From assembly GCA_964247055.1 (NCBI GenBank), contig OZ176053.1, positions 7,626,001 through 7,690,000 of the forward strand: a stretch of DNA of 64,000 bases, given 5' to 3'. This DNA comes from Paragordius varius. Taxonomy: Eukaryota; Animalia; Nematomorpha. The position numbers and the translations under genes are program-made. Below are positions 34,301 through 46,404 of the stretch, piece after piece. Each line of letters starts with the position of its first letter. The first letter of the stretch is position 1. The notes below the pieces were generated by a model, which saw nothing but the letters and a program-made list of their open reading frames with translations, had not been told where the DNA came from and searched no databases.

Positions 34301-37300
34301 ATTTTTCCATATATCCTTTCACCAAAAAATTATTTAATTTTGGAATTTAGCGTATCGTTCGAAACCTTTACGCAATATACTGCAACCGCAACCATCAAAA
34401 CAAGACATTGGTTCATCTGGATCAGAAGGTGAAGAGGGCAGAGATGAAAATTTGTTGAATAAAAGAAACAAAAAGGCCGCCAAAAAAATTGGGACAAAAA
34501 AACTTTCATCCGTTAAAATGGCCGGCTTAGGTGGGATATATTCATCATCGGCGACTGGGCCCCAATGGTCAACAAGTGTTTCTAGTCGCGAAACTATAGA
34601 TAATTATCGACAATTTTTAGCAAGTAATTATTATATGTTATAACATTTTAATTTTATAAATAATTGCTTTTCCGATCTTTTGGGTAATGCCCATCTATTT
34701 CGCCTTACAGCCAATGTGCACACCATAATATAAATTTAGGGTTTGTAAGCAAACGGGTTTTAATTTCGAATTCGTCTATTACAAACGGTTTAAACAATTT
34801 ATGGCTTTTTGGCTTCTACCAAAATGGGTTCGGATACTATAATAAAATTTTTATTTTAAAATGCTTAAAATACGCTTGAAAGAAAATGTATCAAATTTTT
34901 AATTTTTTCCATTATAAAAATTTGTAAATTATACAAATCTTTAGATTGTTAGGTTTAATGTTTTTATCCTGCAACAATGAGAATTTATAGTTTTTCTGTC
35001 TCTCCCATTTTTTTCTCCACCTTATAAGGCGTTTCAATTAAGATCATTATTTTAATTTGATAGATAATATTTATTGGTAATAATAATAATTTTCTTTTTT
35101 GCAGCAATGATACCACCAAGTTTGCGAAAAACTATTGGTGCTTTTGGACCTCCTATTGCTTTACTGTTTGCCACATTGTTGGATACGCATGTGATTGGGA
35201 ATCGGGTTTACATTGAAAAGCTTAATTTACATGCCTCTTTCCACGAAAATAATCGTAGATTTATATCCCAAATCTTGTTAAGGAACACGACACTGCATAA
35301 TAGAACACTGGTACAAAATTTGCCAGATACCTCGTCTATATTACCACCTACAAGTTTATCGCTGCTGTCACCTACCCTTCCTGAATTGCGACATTGGATT
35401 ATTGATCCTTTTGCACAGGTATATAATTTAAACTCTATTATATATCTGATCTGACTTTTAAAATTATGCGTTCATAACCCTAAATTAATATTTAAAAACA
35501 CTAAAAGTCACATGTTAACTTAAGGACAACCATATTTGTAATTCCAGATTTTTTTAAAATAACTCATGGTTGGATTAAATGGTGATCAAAAATTAAATCG
35601 GTAACATTATCAATAATTTAATTCAAAATCATTATTTAAATAATTGTAGGAATAATAAAGGTTTTTATAGCTGTTATTTAAAAACAAAATGTTTGATTTT
35701 TATATTTCACTGTATAATTTTAAACACTGGTAATTTAAAAATATATTCATATTTTAATATATGGTATTAAAATATTAATATAGAATAAAATCCAATTGGC
35801 TCATATATTCTTGGCATCGCTCCCAGCAGCCATGTTATTCATACTGCTATTCATAGAGGGCCAATTAACAGCTCTGCTCATAAATCGAAAAGAACGCAAA
35901 CTGAAAAAAGGCACTGGTTACAATTTAGACCTGCTTATTGTGGGTAAATGATTTATGTTTTTAATCTTTTAAAGTATTTTACTAGGTATATTAAAACTTT
36001 GAAAATATGAAAATGCCGGACCTATGTTATATGTTAATGAATTGGCCAAAAAATTGAACCCATTACGGATTATAATTGAAGGCTAAAAAAATTAAACAAC
36101 TGTAATTACAATTCTTGGATTATAATCATTGCATATATCTATACTGGATAATTTTTTACTTTTTATTTACTGTCCGTTAAACAATTCAAATTCACCCTTG
36201 AACAATTCAAATACATTCTCGAACCATTCAAATTCTCCCTAAAAATTAATTAACTGTTTTTTAAGATTAAAAATTACCTATATTTTATTATATTTTAAAA
36301 AAATGAAATTTTGTTTAATAAACTGTGGCATAAAAATATATTACATATGAATGATGAGTTATTTTTGCCCGAAAATACATAAATTATTTTTAGAGTGAAT
36401 TTGAATTGTTCAAGGGGTAATTACAATTATAAATGGTATATGCTAATATTTATTTTCCTTTCCTTATTCTACTCAAGGTTTAATCCAAATATTTATGGGT
36501 TTCTTTGGTTTACCTTGGGTATCTCCGGCCCCTATTCAATCTTTAGCCCATGTTGCTTGTCTTTCCTATTATAATACCCGAGAACATGCGCCAGGTGATC
36601 GCCCAAAAATCGTGGCAGTGCGTGAACAACGTATGACAGCTTTGTTTGTTAGTATTTTGAGTGGATGTACTTTACTTTTTGGTATATACAATGATTAAAT
36701 TTTTAAAATATTTCGAATATTTCGGGTTTTTTCCTAATATCAGTTCTTATTATTATACATTAGTTTTCATATTATTTTTTATTTATTGAAAAGATACTAT
36801 AATGTGTAAGAAAATCTGTATGTAATAGTTATACTACGTTTTAATTATATCTGATTTTGAATTCTTAATTTTTTAATCGCTATTTGTTTTTCTATACATA
36901 AAATTTTATAACAAATTTTGGCATGCATACTTTCGATGAAAAGATTTACATTTCAATATACCTTTTCTGGCTATATTTGTTAGTGCGTTATAATCATATT
37001 TGAATTCGATTTTCTTTTTTTGAGTCATCGCAATTTTTATGAAAATTTCCATAACATTTATATCTTTTGAAATTTTTGTATATATATATTTAATATTTTT
37101 GACAAAGTTAGATATAATATTAAATAAATAACCATTAATTGATGATTCGAAATATTCTAAAATTATTGAATTATATTTTTATATATAGCAAGCTCATTGT
37201 TGCAAAAAATACCGGTGGCTGCTTTGTTTGGTGTCATATTATATTTGGGTAAAAAAAATTTTATGTCTTTCTTTACAGATTATATTCATTTGACTAAAAA

Positions 37301-38428
37301 ATTAGTATTATGATATAATTAAATTTTAAATGCCAATGAATGTATGTTTACAAAATTAATCCGTATTTAAGCAAAAATAGGAAAAAGATTGTTTAAAAAC
37401 ATAATTATAAAAAACCAATATATTTTTAAAATTGGTAAAAATCTTAATTTCTATCACCCACAGGTTTCTCAGCTCTTAATGGAATACAATTTTTTGAACG
37501 GCTTAAATTACTGTTTGCCCCACCCAAGTATTACACGAGAATCGTGACAGAAAATGCGTATGTTCGTAAAGTTCCCTTTGCTAAAATCCATTTTTTCACC
37601 ACGATTCAACTTATGTGTCTCATAGCTCTTTGGGTCATAAAATTTACACCTTTATCCTTACTATTCCCCGTTTTATTGGTCCTTACTGTTGTACTCAGGT
37701 TTCAACTCAAATGTTGCTTCGATTCACAAGATTTGGCATATGTAAATAATTATCATTGCTTTAAATCAGGGGTGTCCGACACGCGCCCCCTCAAGTATTT
37801 CACAGCCCGCGAGAAATTTAACAAATACCAATTACACAATTTCATAATTAAAAAAAGACTAATTTACAATCTAAGTAAAATTGATATTACTGAAATAAAT
37901 TTTTGAGAAGCAAAATTGTTTAAATAAATAGTAATTATATTGTATTTTCTACAGTCTTATTTTTGAAAACTAATAATATATTTGTTAATACTCATATATT
38001 TTTCAAATGGGGCCCGTCGGTTTTTTTGAGATAATAATGTGGCCCTCTAAGCCATTTGTGTTCGATATCCCTGTTTGAGAATATTACCTTTTGAATTATA
38101 TTCGTCAAGGTGTGTTTTTATTATTAATTAGATGCATTTAAATATTAATAAAAATGTTAATGGATGTGCGTATTTAACCTTTTTTAAGTGTTTTTTTAGA
38201 GATACAAAAGGTTAACTGATAAATATTCATGATTATGGTTAAATAATATAAAAATATAATTTCTCTTAATTTATTTTTGAAATAATAATTGTTTTAATTT
38301 TTTTCCTGCTTTGGTTACAATAATTATATTTTTAAATTTTAATAATTTTATAGCTTGATATGGAGGAAGAAAGGGGTGAATCGGACGGAGAATTTGATTT
38401 TTATACCGAAGCCCATATGCCTTTATAA
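22396..38428 (+). CDS. SLC4 family anion exchanger-like protein, paralog 2, multi-exon, with large insertions
   Basis: ATG 22396. Motifs [162 protein letters not shown]. Last exon 38354-38428 [24 protein letters not shown]. Confidence 0.92.
25741..26375. mobile_element. MITE family B, second copy
   Basis: tataccatttgcacttcaag ... cttgaagtgcaaatggtata; five near-perfect 21-bp units (ttgaacacttcaagttggtcc) at the left end. Confidence 0.85.
31332..31944. mobile_element. Two adjacent MITE family A copies (about 31332-31597 and 31650-31944)
   Basis: Each has aattcaccct-type arrays on the left, inverted gaattgttc arrays on the right, and ends in (a/t)ggtata; the internal segment matches 11426-11748. 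Confidence 0.75.
36170..36440. mobile_element. MITE family A copy
   Basis: aacaattcaaattcacccttgaacaattcaaat ... gaatttgaattgttcaagggg ... aaatggtata. Confidence 0.75.
37767..38073. mobile_element. hAT-type MITE, about 307 bp
   Basis: Imperfect TIRs caggggtgtccgacac / gtgttcgatatccctg; no clear 8-bp target duplication remains. Confidence 0.6.
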
Positions 38429-39602
38429 ATATCAATTTATATATATATATATATATATATTACGTTACAAATTTATTATTTGATTGTTTTACAATTATAA
38501 AATATAAAATTATTCTAAATTGTTTTTCCATTTCGAACAAAAAAATATGCAATCGAAGAAAGTCAGATTTTGATTTAGTCATTTATATTTCAACTATTAC
38601 ATTGTCAGATGCAATACGTAATATATTATTTGTACCTATATTTAATTTCCAAAATATAGCTTTACATAAATATATAATCAACCAAAATTTTAGCCCATAT
38701 ACCTGAATCTTACATGATCTTATATTACATTGTGATTGTAGATATACAAAAAAATTAAAGTTTAAAATAAATAGTATATATTATAAAATTTATTAGTATT
38801 TTTACGATTTAAAACCGCTTATTTTGGTGCAGGAACATGTAGTTCAATTCAACTTTTTTCTCGATTATTCTGCATAGTTTGAGAAATGAAAGAATTTTAT
38901 TGGATTTTAAATCGATTAATATATATATTATTTTTGTGAATTAATTGGATTCATAACATTAGTAAAACATAAGAAACCATTATAATTTAACTTTTAAAAG
39001 ATTAGACTCATATTTTTGCATAATAATTCCTTCTCAAAAATATGATAATGGGTTAAAGTACCGCAAATAATAGCACCATTTTAAAGTTTTTATTGAATGT
39101 AATTCGTTTTTGCTGTTTATCTCTTCATTAATTATTTATGAAGTGTTTGGCTGAGAATTTGGTTAACTTAACTTGCAAAATATTTTATGATTTGTTTTTG
39201 TTATGGGGAGAGGGGATACTCAAATATTCTTAAAAGCCACCTACAAATATGGGCAAAGACGGTCAAAAATGTAATCATTTTGACAAAGTTTAGCTTAATT
39301 TATCTATTAAATGGTTTGTTTGTGAAAAACGATCTGAAAGGCATCATGATAAATTGTCTAATGGGTTTTTTAAAACGACACGTTTATTTTTTTATGCGCG
39401 CGCTTATCCCTATAAAATCTAAGTGATAAAGTTATATTAATAATTTATGTGGTCAATTAATGATAGTTTGTTTTTGCTTTTAAGCAAAAAAGTAAGCTTT
39501 TTAAAAGTCACCAACAATCATTTTTACCATTTTTTCGGTCTCTTGTGTTTTGGTTATCCCAAAAAAAGCAAGAGTGAACGAACAAAATTTACTATCTTGG
39601 TA

Positions 39603-41450
39603 ATGGGATGTGCCATATCAAACCAGGAACCATTTGATGAAACTTTTTCACTTTCGAAATCTAACAATAAGACCCGCAAATTCGGAAATTGTTGCAGTCG
39701 AAAGAGCTATGATACATCTACCAGCAAAAATACTAAACACAATGGCCAATGTCCGTTTAGCATGTATGCTCATGATTATTTTGTGAAGAACGGAAATAAT
39801 GGAATTTACTGTAACCCAACTTTTCGTAACGGCGGGTAAGTGATTTCATTTATAACTACTGACTTTTTACAAAGATGTTTCAAACAACACTCTAAATTTC
39901 CTCTAGAAACCGGACCGTAGTTTCATTCCAAAAAACGATTTTTTCCCTATACCTTTATAAAATGTTATTATCTATTTTTAACGTAATGTTGTTCCCAGAA
40001 TAGTATCAAAAATTCAACTTATTTATATTGTGTTTAAAAATAAACTCTTTCTAAATCAAAAATTGGAACCGACCAAACGAAATAAAATTCGTAACAAAAC
40101 CATTTAGTCCGCAACCTATTTCTTAAAAAAATACATGGAAATAGAGAGGCGACCAAAATTAAAAAAACAGAACAAAAAATGTCCGGTTTCTGCCAATCAC
40201 TGTTTTTTATACGCCTTTTCTGGGCAATCAACCCTACACATTTTTTTATATGTTGCTATATTATTGTTCTACATCTACAGTAATGAGGATGATGAAAATA
40301 TGATCAGAAATCATATAAATGCTAAAACGAATATATCTCTAAGAACGCTCTCTGCTGCAAATATGTCCAAGATTGCACAAAACTTAATTGACAATAATAA
40401 TTACAGGGAACAAATGATAAATAGCCACCATTATTTAGGTTGTCCAGCAGCAAATGCCATTATGAATATTCCTGAAAGTAACGGTAAAACTTAATTTTAT
40501 ACAATTCCTTATAACCCACACATAGTTTTTAGAAATATAATAATATAATTTTTAACTATGGTATATTTAACCTTTTGAAAACTATATATTTATCAACAAA
40601 GTGCTTAAAAGTGGTATCCTTCCACAAAACAAATTTTGTTTCTTTAAAATTGTTATGGGTAATATTACAGTATGTTTCCCAATCCTCGCGAATTCTAGCC
40701 TTTAAAAAAGCAAAAAATACGTTTATATTTCATGGTTTTTATGGTTAAAGTTATCCAAAGAAATCTCAAAGAACCCAAACAGAATCTATACAATGATCCG
40801 AGATTACCCTTAAACAGGAGACAAATATTTTCATTGAATAAATCATGGAAGGGAATTTCTAGAAACATGGATACTACAGGGGTCATAATGTTTGTTAAGT
40901 AAGCTTTTTAGTAAAAAATATTGATTTTAACATATTTTTGTCCATGATATTATGTTTTTAGATTGTTTTCATCGAATCCCAAGTTATTGCCCCTATTCAA
41001 AAACATTGGTTTAGATGATGCCAATAAAAAACTGATTTCTGTCAAAGATAGCATTGAATTGGAAACGCATGCGGAGATTGTCATGAATACCATGGATGAA
41101 GCGATAACGAATTTTGGCGATTTCAATAAATTTCATCAGATATTAACTAGTATTGGTTCATATCATTATGGGCTCAACGATTTCAAAGTCGAATATTTTT
41201 GGGTAAACACTATTCAGATATATTTTTAAAAGTTTAAATAAAATTATTGTTGCATTTTAAGCCATATGAGTTATTTGGTAATAAAGAAATTATAATTTTG
41301 CAGATGGCTGAGGACCCCTTTTTAGAAGCCGTAAAGGAAACATTAGGCGATCGGTTTACCAGCAATATGGAGAACATTTATAAAATTACAATTAAATTTA
41401 TATTAACAACCTTGGTCAAAGGTTATTTTATGGCTAAAGAAACGGTCTAA
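39603..41450 (+). CDS. Globin X-like (GbXL-type) membrane-targeted globin with long N-terminal extension; 323 aa, 5 exons
   Basis: Exons 39603-39835, 40281-40483, 40751-40898, 40962-41202, 41304-41450 (972 nt). Starts MGCAIS. Globin domain DPRLPLNRRQIFSLNKSWKGI..MFVKLF..LPLF(CD1)..ETHAEIVM(E7 His)..IGSYH(F8 His)..FLEAVKETLG. Introns fall at the classic B12.2 and G7.0 positions. Confidence 0.88.
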
Positions 41451-42230
41451 TATATACCATTTTACATATTGTTATTGTCATATTATTTGTCTTCTATTAT
41501 TTAAATGTGTCATATATTATTATAAATACGTGTTGTCATGTCCTCCCGCACATAATTTTGTTGCATTTTACTCTTCACACTTGTACATCATAAATAAATT
41601 TTAAAGTCATTTTATTTGTTTTATTTAAAAGTTGTTCAACTCTAAAGAGTACACTACGATAGGGTCTATTCAAATAAGAATATCTTATGATAAGCTAACT
41701 TAAAAACTAGAACACCCATCCTAAAGTGTTTTAAATTTTTGCATTTTATAGAGATTAATTACCAAATTAGCCAATAAATTTTACCTCGGTCCACATGTAA
41801 AAAATTATTTTTCAAATATTTACATTTTGATGTATTAAGCAAATGTTTGAGAAACCATGCCTTAAGAAGTCGTTATTAAACTGGTAAATGTTTTTTTTAA
41901 GTTGATCAAAATGCAACGGATATTTTTGCTATATTTTAAAATATTAATTTTCTTTATGCCATAGTTTAATGTCACACAGATTAATTTAAAAACAAAAAAA
42001 TCATTTAAAATTTATCTCTATGTATTTCATATATAAGGACTTAATTAAATAATGCCCCCTTTAGAGAAGCACGCATGGGATTTCTATGATAAGAGAACAA
42101 TTTTGCAATTTATTCAAACGGTTTTTAAAATTCTTCTTAGTGATTTATTAGTTGAACCAGTTTTTAAAACGGTATATTGTTGATGAACCTTTTATATTCA
42201 ATAGCACATATTCATTGTCAAACGGTAGGA

Positions 42231-43355
42231 TTATGTTACAAATAAATTTTCACTTTCGTACGTTTCGACAGGATTAGATATACATATTTGTCCTTTATCA
42301 ACAATCATAATATCCTCATCTAATTCAATGGCCTGATCTAGCGATAATATAAAATCATGATGGAAAATATCTGTGAAATCGAGATCTACCGTTTCATTAG
42401 CATGATTAGGGATTTCACAAACATTTATACAATTAGGTTCATCAAGTATTTTACATTTAAATTTGTTTCGTTTAATGAGGCAAAATACCACAAAAGATAT
42501 TACCGTGATTGTAAATATTAAGCCAAACAATGATCCAATTATCAGGGAATTTTTATTGCCACTTTTATAATTAAATCCATTATGTAACGTATGTTTAAAG
42601 TTGTTTTGGATATAATTTTCTCCCTCATTCTTATTAGCAATTTTGCTTCCCCAGTCAAATTGCAACGATTGGTCGCCTTTTGTGTTGTGAATTTTATTTT
42701 TATTGAGTTTATTCAGAACCGGGAAAGTTGTCACCTTAGTTTTGAGGCATTCGTTCAACAAATAATTTTCTTGCATTGAATTAACATTTGTAAATGTGGT
42801 ATCTGTATTTGAAGTAGTGATTTCCTTGGATTTTTCAATCACTTGTTTCCCACTTGAATATATATTTTTATGTGTTACCGATTTATATATACAATCATGG
42901 TTAAAATGGTATAAATATGAGTCAAATATGACTTGTGTTCTGGTAAAGTTATCATAGCTTATTACAAACTTTAGTTTGTTAAAATAGCATGCATTTGGAA
43001 TCGTTTCATCTGCCTTCAAATAATAATGCCAATTGTTGATAGATTTTAAGCTATATGGAATTTTAAAATTATAATTTTGCAAACTAATAATAGGATTACT
43101 GGTGGAATTTGTGTTTTGTGTGATAGAAGAAAAGTCCAAATTATCATTATCGATAAGAATTGAGAATATGATAGCATCTTTAATGATTTCCTTTGTATAA
43201 ATAAAAATATAAACGGGTTTTAGATCAAAATTTTCACAGAATATATTAGTTAAGTCATCATTAATTATGTGAAATTTGGTATCAGAGAGGTGTGTATTAT
43301 TATTGCCAAATATGTGTTTCGGCATATTCGGTGGTCTTCGTCTCAAAAAAAACAA
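42231..43355 (-). CDS. Uncharacterised single-pass (type I-like) membrane protein; 5' end uncertain
   Basis: 1.1-kb stop-free frame in about 75% AT DNA (AT content estimated by eye); one hydrophobic helix LIIGSLFGLIFTITVISFVVFCLI followed by KRNKFK; several N-x-S/T sequons before it; no recognisable family motif. Confidence 0.5.
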   Translation of the reverse strand: MFFLRRRPPNMPKHIFGNNNTHLSDTKFHIINDDLTNIFCENFDLKPVYIFIYTKEIIKDAIIFSILIDNDNLDFSSITQNTNSTSNPIISLQNYNFKIPYSLKSINNWHYYLKADETIPNACYFNKLKFVISYDNFTRTQVIFDSYLYHFNHDCIYKSVTHKNIYSSGKQVIEKSKEITTSNTDTTFTNVNSMQENYLLNECLKTKVTTFPVLNKLNKNKIHNTKGDQSLQFDWGSKIANKNEGENYIQNNFKHTLHNGFNYKSGNKNSLIIGSLFGLIFTITVISFVVFCLIKRNKFKCKILDEPNCINVCEIPNHANETVDLDFTDIFHHDFILSLDQAIELDEDIMIVDKGQICISNPVETYESENLFVT

Positions 43356-43562
43356 TATTTATGTAACAATCAGAAATGATATAAAGACTTTTTTCTTTCT
43401 CAATAATTAGTATTCCCCGATCTATGAAAAGGTTTCTTTTATTTTTGACATGCTTTCTTTTCGCAGCGACAGTTCTTTTAAAGCTACTAACAAAAAATAT
43501 CAATAAATTAATTGTTGAAACAAGATTATAGTTTAAAGAGATGCCACATTCAAAGTATATAA

Positions 43563-43987
43563 TCTATATATTTATAAAAATGGAAAATGCTGGCTTTGTG
43601 ATCTGGTACAAGAAAACCGGTAGACCCATTCAAATCCAAACTTCGAAAAAATATAATCAATAATGAATGCCCCGACAATAGCTTCGCCCTTTTTTTGAAA
43701 TAGGCCCCCAGTTCGGGCCCACCCCGTGTGAAAAACGCGTTTTTTTTGAAAACACAAGTCCACAAAAATCGTGTCTTTGAGACAATTTTCTGGAGAACGT
43801 GTTGGACCATTCAATTTCAAATATGATTTTTGTTTACTTATTTTCGAGCCGAACATAGTCGTCTCGCTTTTTTAATTTAGTCCCACTTTTTACCCGCTCC
43901 CCCCGTAAAATGCCATTTCCCCCCCCCCCCTCCAGAAGTCCGAAGGACTTGCTCGGGCTGCGTAGCAGCACGAGATTTACGCGAGTA
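43563..43987 (+). mobile_element. Helitron-like non-autonomous element
   Basis: Begins A|TCTATATATTTATAAAAATG (typical Helitron-type 5' end); GC-rich hairpin ctcg-g-gctgc-gta-gcagc-a-cgag near the 3' end; the terminus is not a canonical CTRR. Confidence 0.4.
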
Positions 43988-44230
43988 TAATATAAAATTG
44001 GAGCTTCAACATAAGTTAAATTTATTATTCCATTTTTAGAGCAACATATTTTGATTTGCCAAATGTTAGCGCCAAAATTCTATTTAATTGATTAAACTAT
44101 CATGTATATCAGCCAAACGGTCGACCGCGGTAGACTTCGTTACCGCGAGATTTCAAAACGTTACCGCCTGGAAATTTTTACAAATCGTAAAAAATAATTT
44201 TGCATGGAATTTTTCCGCAAAATTAATTTA

Positions 44231-46404
44231 CAGTCATGTATATTTTATTTTATCAAAAATTTACTTTTTTTCGTTAAATGGGTATAAAATTTGGTAAAGA
44301 ATGGAAAAACAAGAGCCCTATGGTATTAACCTTATCATATTCATCAAAAAAGTAAAATAAGTGTGGGGGAAGGGGGTCGGAAATCTTTGGTAAAAAATGA
44401 AAATTAAAATATTGTTAAAGGGGAATGGTAATATTTTTGTTAATTTTTTAGCAAAATTTTATATTAATTTTTTGATAAAATTTTTATTTTAAACAAAACA
44501 AATTAACCAATTATTTATTTTTATATATAGGTAAAATAAATATTTATTATATTTTATTTAATAGGATATCACTATGATTAAAACAAACATTATAACGGAC
44601 AAAATATATAAGTATTTAATCAATTGTGAAATATATAAGGGAAGACATATGAAATAAATAATGATTATATGGCGTTCATAAAAAAATATTATCGAACTAA
44701 ATGCGTTTCATCCTAAAATGCTCTATTTAGGAAATTTAAAATACAATCATATTATACCAGTTTGCCACTATTTAACCCTATTGAATGTTTTTTATAATAA
44801 TTGTTTAAAAAAGGGGAAGATATATCTGGAAATTAATTTTATATCGTACTGTGCGATCAAAGAAAAACGAAAACGTCTCTGATACTTACAATAAATGATG
44901 GTTAAAATTGTTTTCATTCTCCAACCTTAGTTTTTTTGAAGCAACATCAATTAATACTCTTTTTGAAAAATCATAATAATTTTAAGGAGATTTTGTTTTT
45001 CTTTCGTGGCATAATCTTTTGATTCTGCAATATTGTTCCCAGAATGTAATGCATCTTGGTTTTCATAAAAATTTTTAATTCGTGAAAAAAAACATTTGGG
45101 GTGAATAAGGTGGTAAATATATAAGCTTGTTTCTTAAATAACCCAAAATAGAACATTTATGAATGGGTGCGTTGTCGCAAATGACAAACGCATCTTGTGG
45201 TAACATGGCCAAAGACTCCTTCAAAAATGGTTTAAAAGTCTCGCCATTGAACGCTCCCTGTTTGATGCTAAAATTAACAAAACCCTGTATGCCAATCATA
45301 CACAACAAAGAGACGTTTTTCCTATAATAAAATAAAGATATAACTTTTTTAAAGCCCTTTACGATAGGTGCCTGTCCGAATATATTTTTTGCTATCAATG
45401 AAAACCCTGACTCATTAAATAATAGATTTTGTCCAAGGGTATATCGTTCACAAGAGGGCATATTCAAATCGTTTCTGAATAACCAGTGAGGAATTGCGTA
45501 GGTTCCATAATACACCTTTTGCGAGTGTAGTTTATAATTTTAAATATTTTATATATGATTTTTTTGGATATTTTGCATTCTGTTGGTAATTTATTGAGAA
45601 TCTCATCGACAGTCAATTCACAATCACCGAGGATTGTTTTGACCTGCCTGACTAGACCTTCATTGCATTTCGTTTTCCTACCCTTTTCCAATGGCTTTCT
45701 CTAATCCCAGAGTGCTTCGTCTCATAGCAATTATGGAACTTATAGACATGTCTAAATCATCTACAAAATGACGAGACGATAATTCATGATTTCTAGGATC
45801 CCCGAAAATTTTGTAGGCCTTAGCCTTTTTTTCATCTGACCAAAAATGATATTCTAAAATTAACAAAAACGGTACTTTTCCTTTTTCCTTTACCGTTTAA
45901 TGAATTTTTCATATTTTCATTCCCGTCGATTTCATTAACACCTAAAGTCTAAATCAAAAAAAAACCATCGTTGCCAGGCACAATACAATTTTGTCTCTGT
46001 CTTATACCAGCGTCAACATATTCTAAATCCTACATTATAAAGGAAAAAAATACCTGCAATACCAGGGTTACATCCTAACGAAATCGGATCAAATTGATTA
46101 TTTAATATAGCATCTATCGTGAATATCCCTTTTAAAATCGTTCCCATTTCAAAACAAAAAAAATAATAATTGAGTAAAAATTACGATTTTCCCAACCCTT
46201 TTATACTATAATTTTACGTGAAGGGTTAGTTGTTAGTGTACTTTCATTTTTACCAAAGATTTCCGACGCCCTCCCCCCATACTTCTTTAACTTTTTTGAT
46301 GAATATGATATAATATAGAGATCTTGTTTTTCCATTCTTTACCAAATATTTATACCCATTTAGAAAAAAAGTAAATTTTTCATAAAATAAAGTATACATG
46401 ACTG
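44231..46404. mobile_element. IS630/Tc1/mariner-superfamily DNA transposon, 2174 bp, decayed
   Basis: TA|CAGTCATGTATA ... TATACATGACTG|TA; about 170-bp imperfect TIRs (44231-44402 and 46243-46404) enclosing a transposase pseudogene. Confidence 0.85.
44971..45866 (-). pseudogene. IS630-like DDE transposase, frameshifted
   Basis: Split over four frames: HTH-like GRKTK..LTVDEI..ISKKIIYK, LFNESGF (first catalytic D appears as N), GAFNGETF..FL, VICDNAPIHK, LIYLPPYSPQ; the NPIE motif is missing. Confidence 0.8.
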
